32,000 bases of DNA from Bryobacterales bacterium (GCA_965219605.1 CBDCOC010000001.1:1844229-1876228), one strand, 5' to 3'; shown: positions 1 to 12,679, counted from the first letter of the stretch. Notes: generated by a model from the sequence alone, not told the origin. Numbers and translations are program-made.

Positions 1-1
1 G

Positions 2-955
2 ACCGGGGCGCAGATCGCGGGTCGCCCCAGCATGGGATCTTGGCTGAGCTACGGCTTGGGAAGCGAGTCCAGCGAGCTGCCCAGCTTCGTCGTCATGCTC
101 ACGCAGGGCACCAGCGGGCAGCCGCTGTACGACCGGCTGTGGGGCTCGGGGTTCCTGCCGACGCGCTACCAAGGAGTCAAGTTCCGCTCGGTGGGCGACC
201 CGGTCTTGTACCTGTCAGACCCGGCGGGCATTTCGCGCGACCAGCGGCGCTCGTTCCTCGACGCGCTGGCCCAGCTCAACCGCAGGCAGTTCGAGGAGTA
301 CGGCGATCCCGAGATCGTGACCCGTGTCGCGCAGTATGAGATGGCATTCAAGATGCAGCGCTCGGTGCCGGAACTCACCGACCTGTCCGGCGAGCCCGAA
401 TCGGTGTTCGCGCTGTATGGCGAGCACGCGCGGCGCCCCGGCACCTACGCCTACAACTGCCTGCTCGCGCGACGTCTGGCCGAGCGCGGAGTGCGCTTCA
501 TCCAGCTCTACCACCGGGGCTGGGACCAGCACGCGAGGCTCAGGCGCGACATCCAGCGCCAGGCCGAAGCCACCGACCAGGCCTCGGCGGCCTTGGTGCT
601 GGATCTCAAGCAGCGCGGCTTGCTCGACGACACGCTCGTAGTGTGGGGCGGCGAGTTCGGGCGCACCGTGTACTGCCAAGGCACGCTCACCGAATCCGAG
701 TACGGGCGCGACCACCATCCGCGCTGCTTCTCGATCTGGCTGGCCGGCGGCGGCACGCAGCCGGGCCGGCTCTACGGGGCCACCGACGAGTTCAGCTACA
801 ACATCACCGAGAATCCCGTCGACGTGCATGACCTGCACGCCACGATGCTGCACCTACTGGGCGTCGACCACACCAAGCTTACGTTCAAGTTCCAAGGGCG
901 GCGGTTCCGGCTCACCGACGTGCATGGGAACGTGATCAAGCCCTTGCTGGCCTGA
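2..955 (+). CDS. DUF1501 domain-containing protein (sulfatase-like fold), 5' end outside window
   Basis: The frame of ORF 32..955 stays open back to base 2. Blocks [33 protein letters not shown] and GRDHHP match the DUF1501 family as I remember it. Confidence 0.85.
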   Translation, partial: TGAQIAGRPSMGSWLSYGLGSESSELPSFVVMLTQGTSGQPLYDRLWGSGFLPTRYQGVKFRSVGDPVLYLSDPAGISRDQRRSFLDALAQLNRRQFEEYGDPEIVTRVAQYEMAFKMQRSVPELTDLSGEPESVFALYGEHARRPGTYAYNCLLARRLAERGVRFIQLYHRGWDQHARLRRDIQRQAEATDQASAALVLDLKQRGLLDDTLVVWGGEFGRTVYCQGTLTESEYGRDHHPRCFSIWLAGGGTQPGRLYGATDEFSYNITENPVDVHDLHATMLHLLGVDHTKLTFKFQGRRFRLTDVHGNVIKPLLA

Positions 956-963
956 GCCGCGCT

Positions 964-1731
964 TCAGACAGACCGCGGGTCGAACCCGCACAGGCCGCGC
1001 CGCAGGCCTTCGATCTCGGCGTGCGCCGTGTGGTCGAAGTGCAGCGGCGTGACTGATACCAAGCCTTGCTGCACGGCCGCATAGTCGCTGCCGTCCGTGG
1101 CGGCCTCCACGGGCACTTCCTCGTGCATCCAGTAATACTCGCGGCCGTACGGATCGCGGGCCTCCACCATAAGGTTGCGCGAGATCTTACGGCACTGGTG
1201 GGTCACGGCCACCCCGGAGGGCAGGCAGGCGGGCACGTTCACGTTCAAGACGATGCCGGATGGCATGCCCTCCGCGAGCACTCGCTGCGCCAGGGCCGCC
1301 GCGATGCGGGCCGACGAGCCGTAATCGACGGACTGCCGCTGGTTGACGGAAACCGCGATGGCCGGGATGCCGTGCTTGGCCCCCTCCGCCGCGGCAGCGA
1401 CGGTGCCGGAGTAGAAGATGTTCTCGCCTAGGTTAGGACCGGCGTTGATGCCCGAAACCACGATGGCCGGCCGCTCCTCGAGTAACCGGGCGAGCGCCAT
1501 CATCACACTATCTGCGGGAGTGCCGTCCACCCCGTAGCGGTGCTCTCCCTTGCGCTCGAAGCGCAGAGGCCGGCGCAGGGTGATGCGCCGGCTCGCGGCG
1601 CTCTGCTCCGTTAGCGGGGCAACGGTGCGAATGCGTCCGAGCGGCGACAGAGCGCTTTCCAAGACATGGATTCCGTCCGCTTCGATGCCGTCATCGTTCG
1701 TGACCAGGATGAGCGGGCCGGGAGCTGGCAT
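964..1731 (-). CDS. surE: 5'/3'-nucleotidase SurE
   Basis: LILVTNDDGIEADGI near the N-terminus, plus SGINAGPNLG and FYSGTVAAAAEG blocks. The ATG at 1731 places the DDG motif about 10 aa from the start. The ORF stays open to 1839, so a longer form is possible. Confidence 0.85.
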   Translation of the reverse strand: MPAPGPLILVTNDDGIEADGIHVLESALSPLGRIRTVAPLTEQSAASRRITLRRPLRFERKGEHRYGVDGTPADSVMMALARLLEERPAIVVSGINAGPNLGENIFYSGTVAAAAEGAKHGIPAIAVSVNQRQSVDYGSSARIAAALAQRVLAEGMPSGIVLNVNVPACLPSGVAVTHQCRKISRNLMVEARDPYGREYYWMHEEVPVEAATDGSDYAAVQQGLVSVTPLHFDHTAHAEIEGLRRGLCGFDPRSV

Positions 1732-1816
1732 GCCTCTCTCAGGGTAGCCAAGCGGCGGCGGTAAGCGGAACTGCGGCCACCCGTCCGCCAAGGCGGGTGC
1801 TAGTCTTGATGGTGAC

Positions 1817-3043
1817 ATGCCGGCCGCCATTACCGACACTGCCTCAGAGCGGATCGTCGCTCGGGATCATCAGCGGGTCGTTCGCAACTACGGGCGCTAC
1901 CAACTGGTCGTCAATCGCGCGCAGGGCGTCTACCTCTACGGCGAGGACGGGCGCAAGTATCTCGACTTCCTGTCGGGCATCGGCGTGATGGCATTGGGCC
2001 ACTCCCACCCGAGAGTTGTCGCGGCGATCAACGACCAAATCGGCACATTGGTGCATTGCTCCAACCTCTACTACCACCCGCTGCAGGGCGAGGTGGCCCA
2101 GTTGCTCGCAGAATTGAGCGGACTGCAGCGCACCTTCTTCTGCAACAGCGGCTCGGAAGCCGTCGAGGCGGCCCTGAAGATCGCCAAGGGCTACGGCCGC
2201 GCCCGCCGCGGCGACAAGACCGAGATCGTCGCCCTGCAGCACTCTTTCGGCGGGCGCACGCTGGGCGCGATTTCCGTGACCGGGCAGCCCAAGTACCGCG
2301 ACCCTTTCGCGCCGGTGATCCCGGGAGTGCGGTTCGTCGCGCCGAACGACCTGCCCGCCCTTGAGGCCGCGGTCAGCGAGCGGACCGCGGGCATCGTGTT
2401 CGAACCGATCTTGGGTGAGGGCGGCATCATCGAAATTTCGGCCGAATTCGCCGCGGCAGCCCGCCAGCTGGCCACGGACCACGACGCGCTGCTGATCTGC
2501 GACGAGGTCCAGTGCGGCATGGGCCGCACGGGAGAGAATTTTGCCTTCCAGCATTGGGGCACCGATTTCCTGCCCGACGTGATCACGCTGGCCAAGCCGC
2601 TGGCTGCGGGGCTGCCGATCGGTGCCGTTGTCTGCAACGGGGCGGCCGCGGCGGTGCTGGGCCCCGGCCTGCACGGATCGACCTTCGGCGGCGGCGCCCT
2701 GGCCTGCCGCGTGGCCCGCGAATTCCTCGGCATGCTGCCGGAGCTGCTGCCGCACGTGCGCGAGATGTCGGCATACTTCCGCGCAGGCTTGGCGCGCTTG
2801 GCGGCCAGCTACGACTTCGTCGGCGGATTGCGCGGCAGGGGCCTGATGGTCGGCTTGGAACTGCGGGTGGCAGGCGGCGGCTTCGTGCCCGTGGCACAGG
2901 AATGCGGACTGCTGCTGAACTGCACGGCAGGCAACGTCTTGCGCTTTCTGCCGCCGTTCGTGATCGAGCGCGGGCATGTCGACGAAGCGATCGCCGCGCT
3001 GGACCAAGCGTTCCGGCGCGGCCCGCCCGACAGCGCAGCCTAG
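1817..3043 (+). CDS. argD: Class-III PLP aminotransferase, acetylornithine aminotransferase-like
   Basis: 408-aa ORF with GIGVMALGHSHP, FFCNSGSEAVEAALKIA, LICDEVQCGMGRTG, TLAKPLAAGLPIG (Schiff-base Lys context) and HGSTFGG. Confidence 0.85.
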   Translation: MPAAITDTASERIVARDHQRVVRNYGRYQLVVNRAQGVYLYGEDGRKYLDFLSGIGVMALGHSHPRVVAAINDQIGTLVHCSNLYYHPLQGEVAQLLAELSGLQRTFFCNSGSEAVEAALKIAKGYGRARRGDKTEIVALQHSFGGRTLGAISVTGQPKYRDPFAPVIPGVRFVAPNDLPALEAAVSERTAGIVFEPILGEGGIIEISAEFAAAARQLATDHDALLICDEVQCGMGRTGENFAFQHWGTDFLPDVITLAKPLAAGLPIGAVVCNGAAAAVLGPGLHGSTFGGGALACRVAREFLGMLPELLPHVREMSAYFRAGLARLAASYDFVGGLRGRGLMVGLELRVAGGGFVPVAQECGLLLNCTAGNVLRFLPPFVIERGHVDEAIAALDQAFRRGPPDSAA

Positions 3044-3106
3044 CGCTACCGTGTAGTTGCAAAAAGTACGCGACAACGGCATGGTCTGTGTGTTAGACCA
3101 TGGTCA

Positions 3107-4400
3107 ATGGAAGCGCAGTCGGAGATTCAACGGACGCTGGGCAGTGCTGCCGCGCTGGGGGTGGTGGCCCGCATTCTGGCGCAGGCAGAGTTTCCCAGCC
3201 GGCGGGCCTTGGGCCGCCGGATTTGTGCCGAGTTTGACTTCCATGACCAGTTGGGCCGGCGCAACTGGCGGGCTGCCTGCAAGCGCTGCGCTGCTTGGAG
3301 CAGAAATGGGAGCAGATCGTGCTGCCGCCCCGCGGTCGCGTACCGGCCGGCACGGGTCAGCCGGCGGCCCAGGCGGCGGGCGTGGCCTTGGCGGCAAGCG
3401 TGCCAGAGCACCTCGCGCAGGTCGAGGGGTTGGTGCTCGAGCCGGTCCGTGAGCGCGACGAGCGCTTGGTCTGAAATGCGCTGATCGCCGCTGAGCACCG
3501 CCAGGGGCTGACGACCTTTGCCGGGGCCCAGCTGCGCTACCTGGTGGGTTCGGCGCACGGCTGGCTGGGGGCCGTGGGCTTTGCGGCTGGCCGCGCGCGA
3601 ACGCTGGATGGGCTGGAGCGACGAGCAGCGGCGGGCCGGCTTGCAGCGCGTGCTGGGGCTGAGTCGGTTCCTGATCCGGGGCGGCTGCGCCAATCTGGCC
3701 AGCCACGTGCTGGGACGGCTGCGGCGGCGGGGCCGCCCGACGGTCGGCTGGAGGCAGAGATCGCGGGGCTGACAGCGCACCCGCAGGCGAGTCGCAAGCA
3801 GGCCCGCCCGGTGCGCCTGAAACGGCTGGCCAGTTGCGAGCTGCGCTGTCGCCAAGTGACGCTACCGGCCACCGTGGCCGGGACCGAGGCAGTGACGCTG
3901 TAGGGCGTGCATATCATGGAGACGGCCCCGTCGCAGGGCGAAGAGGCGGTGCAGTGGTACCTGCTGCCCAGCCTGCCGGCCGACAATGCCGAGAGCGGGG
4001 CGGAATGGTGCGGCACTACCTGCAATGCTGGCGCGTGGAAGACTTTTTCCGCGTGCTCAAGCCGGGCTGCAAGGTGGAGCACTTGGCCTTCCGCACGGCG
4101 GATCGGCTACAGCGGGCGATTGCCATCAACGCGGTGATCGCCTGACGGCGGATGGTCATGACGCTGCTGGGGCGGCATATGCCGGAGTACGCGGCGAGCT
4201 TGATGTTCAGCGATCCCGAACTGGAGTTCTTGCGGGACTACAGCTGCGAGTACAGGCTGGCCGCACCGGACAGCTTAGGCTTGGCGGTGCGCTTGGTGGC
4301 GCATTTGGGCGGCTACCGCGCTCACCAGCACGATCCGGAACCGGGCCACCAGTTGATGTGGCACGGCTACGACACGCTGACCAAGGGCCACCTTGGGACA
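3107..4400 (+). pseudogene. Decayed IS4-family (Tn5-like, DUF4338-containing) transposase gene
   Basis: Similarity is scattered over three + frames. AQLRYLVGSAHGWLGAVGFAA and RLAARERWMGWSDEQRRAGLQRVLGLSRFLIRGGCANLASHVLG are DUF4338-type blocks. YLQCWRVEDFFRVLKPGCKVEHLAFRTADRLQRAIAINAVIA and MTLLGRHMPEYAASLMFSDPELEFL...HLGGYRAHQHDPEPGHQLMWHGYDTL match a Tn5-like catalytic C-terminus. Several frameshifts and a large internal deletion are evident. Possible termini are CTGTGT at 3086 and ACACAG ending at 4489, a match of only 6 bp and therefore tentative. Confidence 0.7.
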
Positions 4401-4532
4401 TCAGATTGCCCGCAAGCGCGCTCTCGACGCCGCTACCGAGCGCTGAGCGGCAGCCTGTTGTCTCCAGTTTCCTATTTGTGGCTACACAGTAGGGCTAGCT
4501 GGGCCGCGGGCGGCTGCTACGATGGTCGCCGC

Positions 4533-5702
4533 ATGGAGATCCGGTGCTTGGAGACTCGCCACTGCGATGCCGGCTGGCGCAACTACCACTTCGTCAAGGT
4601 CACGGCCAGCGACGGCGTGATCGGCTGGAGCGAGTACGACGAGGACTTCGGCTCGGCCGGGGTGACAGCGGTGATCGAACGCCTGGCCCCGTCGCTCAGA
4701 GGCCAGGATCTCGGGGGCCACGAGCGCATCTACAGCGAGTTGTTCTGCAAGTTGCGGCCAGCCGCCGACGGGGCAGCCAGCCAAGCGCTCGGGGCGATCG
4801 AGAATGCGCTGCTGGATGCCAAGGCCAAGCTGCTGGGGCTGCCCTGCTACGCGCTGTTCGGGGGCAAGGTGCGCGACCGCATCCGCCTGTACTGGTCGCA
4901 CTGCGCCACCTGGCGCATCAGTCACCCGCAATTCTACCCGCCGGCGATCAGCGATCTTGACGGCGTCGCCAGCATCGGGGCCGAAGCCAAGCGAAGGGGC
5001 TTCACGGCGCTGAAGACCAACATATTCGAGTTCGGGGAGGCGGGCGCCCGCTGCTGGCGGCCGGGATTCGGCACGCCTTTCGAGCCCGGCCGTAACATGG
5101 AGCGCTCAACCCTGCGCCACTTGCGCTCGCATTTGGAAGCCCTGCGCTCTGGCGCCGGGCAGTCCATGGACATCCTGCTGGACCTGAACTTCAACTGCGC
5201 CACCGAGGGCTACCTCAAGGTCCTGCGCGAATTGCGGGATTTCGGCCTCTTCTGGGCGGAAATCGACTCGCGCAACCCGCGCGCCTTGCGCCATATCCGC
5301 CAGCAGAGCCAGTGTCCGATCAGTTCGTGCGAGACACTGCTGGGATTGCGGAACTTCTTGCCGTTCTTCCAGCAGGAGGCCGTGGACGTCGCCATCATCG
5401 ACGCGGTTTGGAACGGCGTCTGGCAGAGCTTGAAGGTAGCGGCCTGCGCCGAGGCCTACGAGGTCAACATTGCGCCGCACAACTTCTACGGGCACCTGGC
5501 GACCATGATGAATGCCCACTTCGTGGCCGCAGTGCCGAACCTCCGCATCATGGAGACCGACATCGACCGCCTGAGCTGGGACGACGACCTCTTCACCGAG
5601 GCCCCGGTGATCGAGGATGGCCACCTGTTGCTGCCCGACCGGCCGGGCTGGGGGACGGAACCCGTCGAGCAGGCGCTGCGCGACCATCCGGTGCGCAATT
5701 GA
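4533..5702 (+). CDS. Mandelate racemase/muconate lactonizing enzyme family protein (enolase superfamily, sugar-acid dehydratase-like)
   Basis: MEIRCLE...WRNYHFVKVTASDGVIGWSEY...GAIENALLDAKAKLLGLPCYALFGG...LLDLN...WAEID...ISSCE. The ATG at 4533 matches where homologues start. The 127 codons upstream in the same frame are the tail of the transposase relic. Confidence 0.85.
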   Translation: MEIRCLETRHCDAGWRNYHFVKVTASDGVIGWSEYDEDFGSAGVTAVIERLAPSLRGQDLGGHERIYSELFCKLRPAADGAASQALGAIENALLDAKAKLLGLPCYALFGGKVRDRIRLYWSHCATWRISHPQFYPPAISDLDGVASIGAEAKRRGFTALKTNIFEFGEAGARCWRPGFGTPFEPGRNMERSTLRHLRSHLEALRSGAGQSMDILLDLNFNCATEGYLKVLRELRDFGLFWAEIDSRNPRALRHIRQQSQCPISSCETLLGLRNFLPFFQQEAVDVAIIDAVWNGVWQSLKVAACAEAYEVNIAPHNFYGHLATMMNAHFVAAVPNLRIMETDIDRLSWDDDLFTEAPVIEDGHLLLPDRPGWGTEPVEQALRDHPVRN

Positions 5703-5721
5703 GGCAGCTGGCCCCCGGCGC

Positions 5722-7249
5722 TCAGGCGGCAGGCCCGCCCTCCACGGCGTCCGCCCGGCGGGGCAGCCCGGTGCTCAACACCCGACAGCCGTCGTCGGTC
5801 ACCTCGACCATGTCCTCAATGCGAATTCCGAGGTTTTCCGCGGGCAGGTACAAGCCCGGCTCGATGGCAAGGACCATGCCCGGTTTCAAGGCGCGATCCG
5901 GTGGCGGCGGGTCATGCACGTCCAGGCCCACGTGATGGCCGATGGCGTGCGGCAGGTAGGGGTCCACCCCGCGGGGCGCCCTCTGACGCAAGGCGCGCTG
6001 GGCGGTCGACTCGATGCTAGACCGGGAAGGGCCGCCAAGGAAGGCGCCGGGCCTGACAGCCGCAACCGCCCGGCCTTGGGCCTCGAGCACTGCCTCATAA
6101 AGCAGCCGCTGCCGCTCGCTGAAACGCCGGCCGACGGGAATGCTGCGGGCGATGTCGGCAGAGTAGCGGGACCGCTCGCCACCGGCATCGATAAGTAGTG
6201 CCTGCGACAAAACCCCCTAAAATCCGTTCTCCACTAGCAAGACGGGCCGATTGGTCAACAAAGTAAAGACTTGTTGGAGCAGGCTGCACGGTATGTAGTG
6301 GGTTGCCGCCAGGCGAAGATCGCAGCTAATGGGCCGGATCCGAGCCAACGGACCGCTGCCCGCCTAATCTTCGCCTGCGTCGATTGCACGCAACCGTTTT
6401 GAATACAACGACATGGATGCTTTTGTCGCAAGCACTAAGTAGCACCTGCCCCCGTGCCAAGCGGTCGGCATTGCGCTGGTAGTGCAGGATCGTCGCATTC
6501 GCCCCCGCGGCAACGATCGGAGGAAAGGCCAGCCGCTCGCAGCCGGCACGGAACGCGCCGCTGATCAATCCGGCGGCAACGTCACGCTCGGTCGCGCCGT
6601 CGGCAACCTTGGCCCACGCCTCGCGAAAAGCCGCTTCGGTAGCTTGGACGGCCGCTTCGATCAGCGCGACTTCGGACGGGGACTTGACGGAGCGCAGCGT
6701 GGCGAGTAGGCCGCGGATGACGCGTGCCGGCCGGGACCCTGCCGCTTCCACGAGACGCTCGTGCCGCGAGCGCTCGGGGAAGTTGTCCGGCACTGCGTGG
6801 AACAGGCTCGCCAGCGCGCCCCGTTCCCGCAGCAGGGCACGCGCGACGCGCCGGAACTCGGACGCGGCGAGGACTTCCGCGAATCCCAAGTGCCCGGCAT
6901 CCTCCGGCCGCAAGCTCGGCCCGGACCACTTCGCGCCCGGACCGCTCGCGCCGCCCAGGAACAAGATCTCGCGATACGGGCTGCGGCCGCGGGCTGGAGC
7001 GATCAGCAACGCCGCGCCCGGCTCCTCATGCCCCGTGAGATAGAAGAAATTGCTCTCCTGGCGAAAACCGGTGAACCCGGACCGTCCTTCGGACTCGGTC
7101 GAGCCCAGCAGGGCGATCACGCCGCGGCCGACCCGGCCCGCCAGCGCCTGGCGGCGCCGGGCATATTCCGCCGCGCCAATCCCGCCGCCCGCCCGCAGGC
7201 AAGGCAGGGCCGCACAAGCAGCCAAGAACGACCGGCGAGTCCGCGCCAA
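5722..7249 (-). pseudogene. pepP: Xaa-Pro aminopeptidase (M24B, PepP-like) interrupted by a 238-bp insertion
   Basis: The 5' part (about 7249 down to 6437) carries a creatinase/AMP_N-like region, FRQESNFFYLTGHEEPGA, VKSPSEVALIEAA and PPIVAAGANATILHY...GQVLL. The 3' part (6197 down to 5722) carries IDAGGERSRYSADIARSIPV, HAIGHHVGLDVHD and LAIEPGLY...GIRIEDMV. The two parts are in different frames, separated by the element plus its duplication. A candidate TTG start at 7249 precedes an RTRRSFLAACAAL signal-like segment; this start is uncertain. Confidence 0.8.
6198..6435 (+). mobile_element. MITE-like non-autonomous element, copy 1 (238 bp)
   Basis: Termini are GTGCCTGCGACAAAA and TTTTGTCGCAAGCAC (14/15 inverted repeat). 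It is flanked by direct TAAGTA at 6192-6197 and 6436-6441. It has no credible ORF. It appears identical to the reverse complement of 22607-22844. Confidence 0.85.
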
Positions 7250-7342
7250 TCCCTCAGGGTAGCGAAGGGCTTCGCCCGGATCGGGCCGGCATCCCGGGGC
7301 GCTATGCTCGAATATGCAGCGCCCGCGGCTGGCGCAAGACGG

Positions 7343-7801
7343 ATGAAGAAAGTGAAGCTGGTCACCGACGGCTCCTGCCTCGGCAACCCGGGACCGGGCG
7401 GCTGGGCCGCGATCCTGCGCTACGGCAAGCATTCCAAGGAACTGAGCGGCTGGGAGGCCCGAACGACCAACAATCGCATGGAAATGACCGCGGTCGTGAA
7501 GGGCCTGCAAGCCTTGCGGGAACCCTGTGCCGTCACCCTTGAGATCGACTCGCAGTACGTCAAGAACGGCGTAACGCGCTGGATGGACCGGTGGAAGCGC
7601 GACGGTTGGACGACCGCCGCGAAGCAGCCCGTGAAGAATCAGGACTTATGGCAGGAGCTGGCCGCCGCGATTCCGCGGCACCAAGTGCGCTGGATCTGGG
7701 TGAAAGGACATGCTAGCCACGAGGACAACAACCGCTGCGACCGGCTTGCCAAGGCCGCGGCGCGGTCCCAAGGCCGGTCTCCCAGCCAGACTTCGGCCTG
7801 A
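7343..7801 (+). CDS. rnhA: Ribonuclease HI
   Basis: MKKVKLVTDGSCLGNPGPGGWAAIL...TTNNRMEMTAV...IDSQYV...WIWVKGHASHEDNNRCDRLA, giving the full DEDD catalytic context. 152 aa from the ATG at 7343. Confidence 0.9.
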   Translation: MKKVKLVTDGSCLGNPGPGGWAAILRYGKHSKELSGWEARTTNNRMEMTAVVKGLQALREPCAVTLEIDSQYVKNGVTRWMDRWKRDGWTTAAKQPVKNQDLWQELAAAIPRHQVRWIWVKGHASHEDNNRCDRLAKAAARSQGRSPSQTSA

Positions 7802-7900
7802 GACTTTGGCCGGCGCACGGGGCTAGGGGCCAGTTCGTCGATCATGCCCCGTACCGAGCTCTCATGCGCGCGGGGTCTATCGTAGAATGAGTCTCAGGTC

Positions 7901-8566
7901 GTGTCGAGGCAATTCGCATCGCTGCTTGTGAGGTTGGCCAACGGCGTGAGCTTGGTCCGGCTTGCCTCCGTGCCGGCCATCATCCTGCTCATCTGGCGAT
8001 CGGGTGATGGCGAGGCCCCGCGCTACGCCGCTTTCTGGCTGGTCTGCGGGCTGCAGATCGGCGACATGCTGGACGGCTTCCTAGCACGCAAGGGCACCCG
8101 CCGCCTTGCGGTGCGCAACAATTTCGGCGAGGTCATCGACCCCATCGCCGACAAGATGTACCTCGGCGCGGCATTCATCACGCTCGCCATAACCAACCAA
8201 ATCCCCGCTTGGCTCGCGCTGCTGGTCGTGGCGCGAGACACTGGCATCGTGGCCGGCTGGTCGTTCGTGTACAAGCGCTACGACATCCGCCTGCGCCCCA
8301 ACCTGCTGGGCAAGCTGACCGATGGCAGCCTAGCCTTGCTGCTGTGCATCGTACTGCTGGGATGGAGCGGCGACGCGGTTGCGAACCTGACCCGGGCCGT
8401 CGCGTTGCTGGTCGTAGCCTCGGGATATTCCTATGGCCGATTGGCAATTCGCAGCGTCTCTGTGATGACGATCCGACGCTTGCGCGCGCTTGCCGTGGCA
8501 AAGCGCCAGGAGCGCAGGCAGGCCGCCAAGGCACGCATCAAGGGCGGCGTCAGCACGATGCCCTAA
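7901..8566 (+). CDS. CDP-alcohol phosphatidyltransferase family protein
   Basis: The motif DMLDGFLARKGTRRLAVRNNFGEVIDPIADK matches D-x2-DG-x2-AR...G-x3-D-x3-D. Several hydrophobic helices are present. GTG start at 7901. Confidence 0.8.
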   Translation: MSRQFASLLVRLANGVSLVRLASVPAIILLIWRSGDGEAPRYAAFWLVCGLQIGDMLDGFLARKGTRRLAVRNNFGEVIDPIADKMYLGAAFITLAITNQIPAWLALLVVARDTGIVAGWSFVYKRYDIRLRPNLLGKLTDGSLALLLCIVLLGWSGDAVANLTRAVALLVVASGYSYGRLAIRSVSVMTIRRLRALAVAKRQERRQAAKARIKGGVSTMP

Positions 8567-8582
8567 CGGGCAAGAGGCGGGT

Positions 8583-9627
8583 TCAGTCCTCGGCCAAGTT
8601 CCGCTGCAGGCCGGGTCCGGGCCGGTCAATGCCCAGCCTCTGCATGTCCGGGCCGGTCGGCGACGCTAGGATCGAATCAGGGGCGACGCGCCCGGCCAGC
8701 CGGCGCATGACCGCAACCAACACTCCGCCCAGGATCATCAGCAAGGCGAGCAACCCGCACAGGATGAAAGTGTCCAAAATGATATTGGCCAAGCTGTCGT
8801 GGCGCTCGGGGTCTTCCACGTGCTGCGTGACCTCGGCGCGGTAGCGCACCTTGGCGAGCAGGAGCTGCGCCGCGTCCGAGGCCTGCGGGCCGAACGCCAC
8901 AGCGATCAGCGGGCCGTCCTGCTTCGCCAGCCAGCCGCCGGCCTGCTGGAAGGCGGCAACCTGCCCGCGCGCGATCGGATTCGAGGGATAATTCCACACG
9001 ACCATCGCCATCTCGCCAGCGTCCGTCAAGTACCGGCCGTAATAGCCCTCGGGGGAAAAGTGGAACCCGACCATCGCCGGGGAGATCTGCGGGGCAAGCC
9101 GTTCGAGCGACACCGGCCCCAAGATGAGCCGCCCGGTGCCGGGCACCAACGCCTCCGCGGGCACGTACTGCAGGACCGGAGGATCCGCTGTGGGCTTGGG
9201 CCGCGGGAGATAGGCCAGCGCGAGCTCGACGTCTTCCTCGTCAGGAGTGTCGCCTTGGAGGGACACCACGTAGTTGGCGAACTGGATCACCGTCAAGTCG
9301 CCCTTCTCGACCGCCCTTTCGCCGCGCTCGCGCGCCACGCCATCGGCGGGCCGCAGCCACGCATAGGCAGCCACCGCTCCGGTATCGTCATAGAACTGCA
9401 GCGCCCGGAACAGCAGCGAGCGCCCGTCCGCAGCGCGGTATTCCGCCTCTTCGGCCTCTTCCAAGCCGAATTCCTCGAGCACCGCGAGGTCGGCGGGTTC
9501 GAAAGGCCGCGGCGCGAGCCGCTCGAACGGCCCTAATGCCTCGTGCAGCAGATCGGCGCCGGCGGGCGGGGCGGCCGCGAGCGCCAGGACAAGCAACAGG
9601 GCTGGACGCAGGCCTGCCGGCGCGGCA

Positions 9628-9647
<20 letters not shown>
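8583..9647 (-). CDS. Hypothetical exported protein with C-terminal membrane anchor
   Basis: [31 protein letters not shown] is signal-peptide-like and [26 protein letters not shown] is a C-terminal TM helix. I recognise no family. The ATG at 9647 overlaps the secA 3' end by 20 nt. Confidence 0.6.
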
Positions 9648-12438
<2,791 letters not shown>

Positions 12439-12632
12439 GGGAAATCGGCGCCCGGAGCGCCAATCTATTTCTTTATTGTAGTCACGGCTGCCGGGCGGAG
12501 GGACTGGATGCGGCAGCGTGGGTGGCCGGCACATGGCGCACTCCCGAGTTGTCTGCGATTGCCGGCCGACCGCGGCTCGAGCAGCCCCAGCCGGCGGCGG
12601 TCATGGACGAAGCAGGGCGCAATAGATCGAGG

Positions 12633-12655
12633 GCTGCGTCGAATCCCGACGCAGC
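12633..12655 (-). other. 9-bp-stem hairpin in the secA leader, downstream of the small ORF
   Basis: GCTGCGTCG-aatcc-CGACGCAGC is a perfect stem. No clear U-tract follows on either strand. Confidence 0.3.
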
Positions 12656-12679
12656 TGCTGCCAATGAGGCCAACCTGAC

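Noticed and set aside
1844-3082. Long antisense ORFs overlapping well-supported genes. Examples: 1844..3082 minus over argD, 10999..12678 plus over secA, 13821..14846 plus over the ATPase, 15109..16062 minus, 16020..16946 plus, and 28878..29837 and 29770..30642 plus over the IS1634 transposase.
   Set aside because: They are Arg/Ala/Pro/Gly-rich low-complexity translations typical of stop-poor alternative frames in high-GC DNA. In each case the opposite strand carries a recognisable protein family.
3080-3102. 8-bp-stem hairpin CATGGTCT-gtgtgtt-AGACCATG after argD, considered as an argD terminator.
   Set aside because: No T-tract follows it. It overlaps the tentative left end of the IS4 relic, so its role is ambiguous.
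4152-5702. 516-aa ORF as a single protein.
   Set aside because: The first 127 codons are the C-terminal tail of the decayed Tn5-like transposase. The enolase-superfamily homology starts at the ATG at 4533.
6095-6289. Two ORFs sharing the N-terminus MQPAPTSLYFVDQSARLASGERILGGFVAGT (6095..6289 minus and 22753..22980 plus), which look like a duplicated small protein.
   Set aside because: The shared part is simply a read-out of the 238-bp repeat into different flanks, and the C-termini diverge exactly at the element boundary. Both begin at a GTG with no ribosome-binding site that I can see.
6326-7801. ORF 6326..7510 minus (394 aa) and ORF 6761..7801 plus (346 aa) taken at full length.
   Set aside because: The minus ORF's upstream extension has no family signal and its 3' end is element-derived. 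The plus ORF is RNase HI only from the ATG at 7343, and the upstream 190 codons are antisense to pepP.
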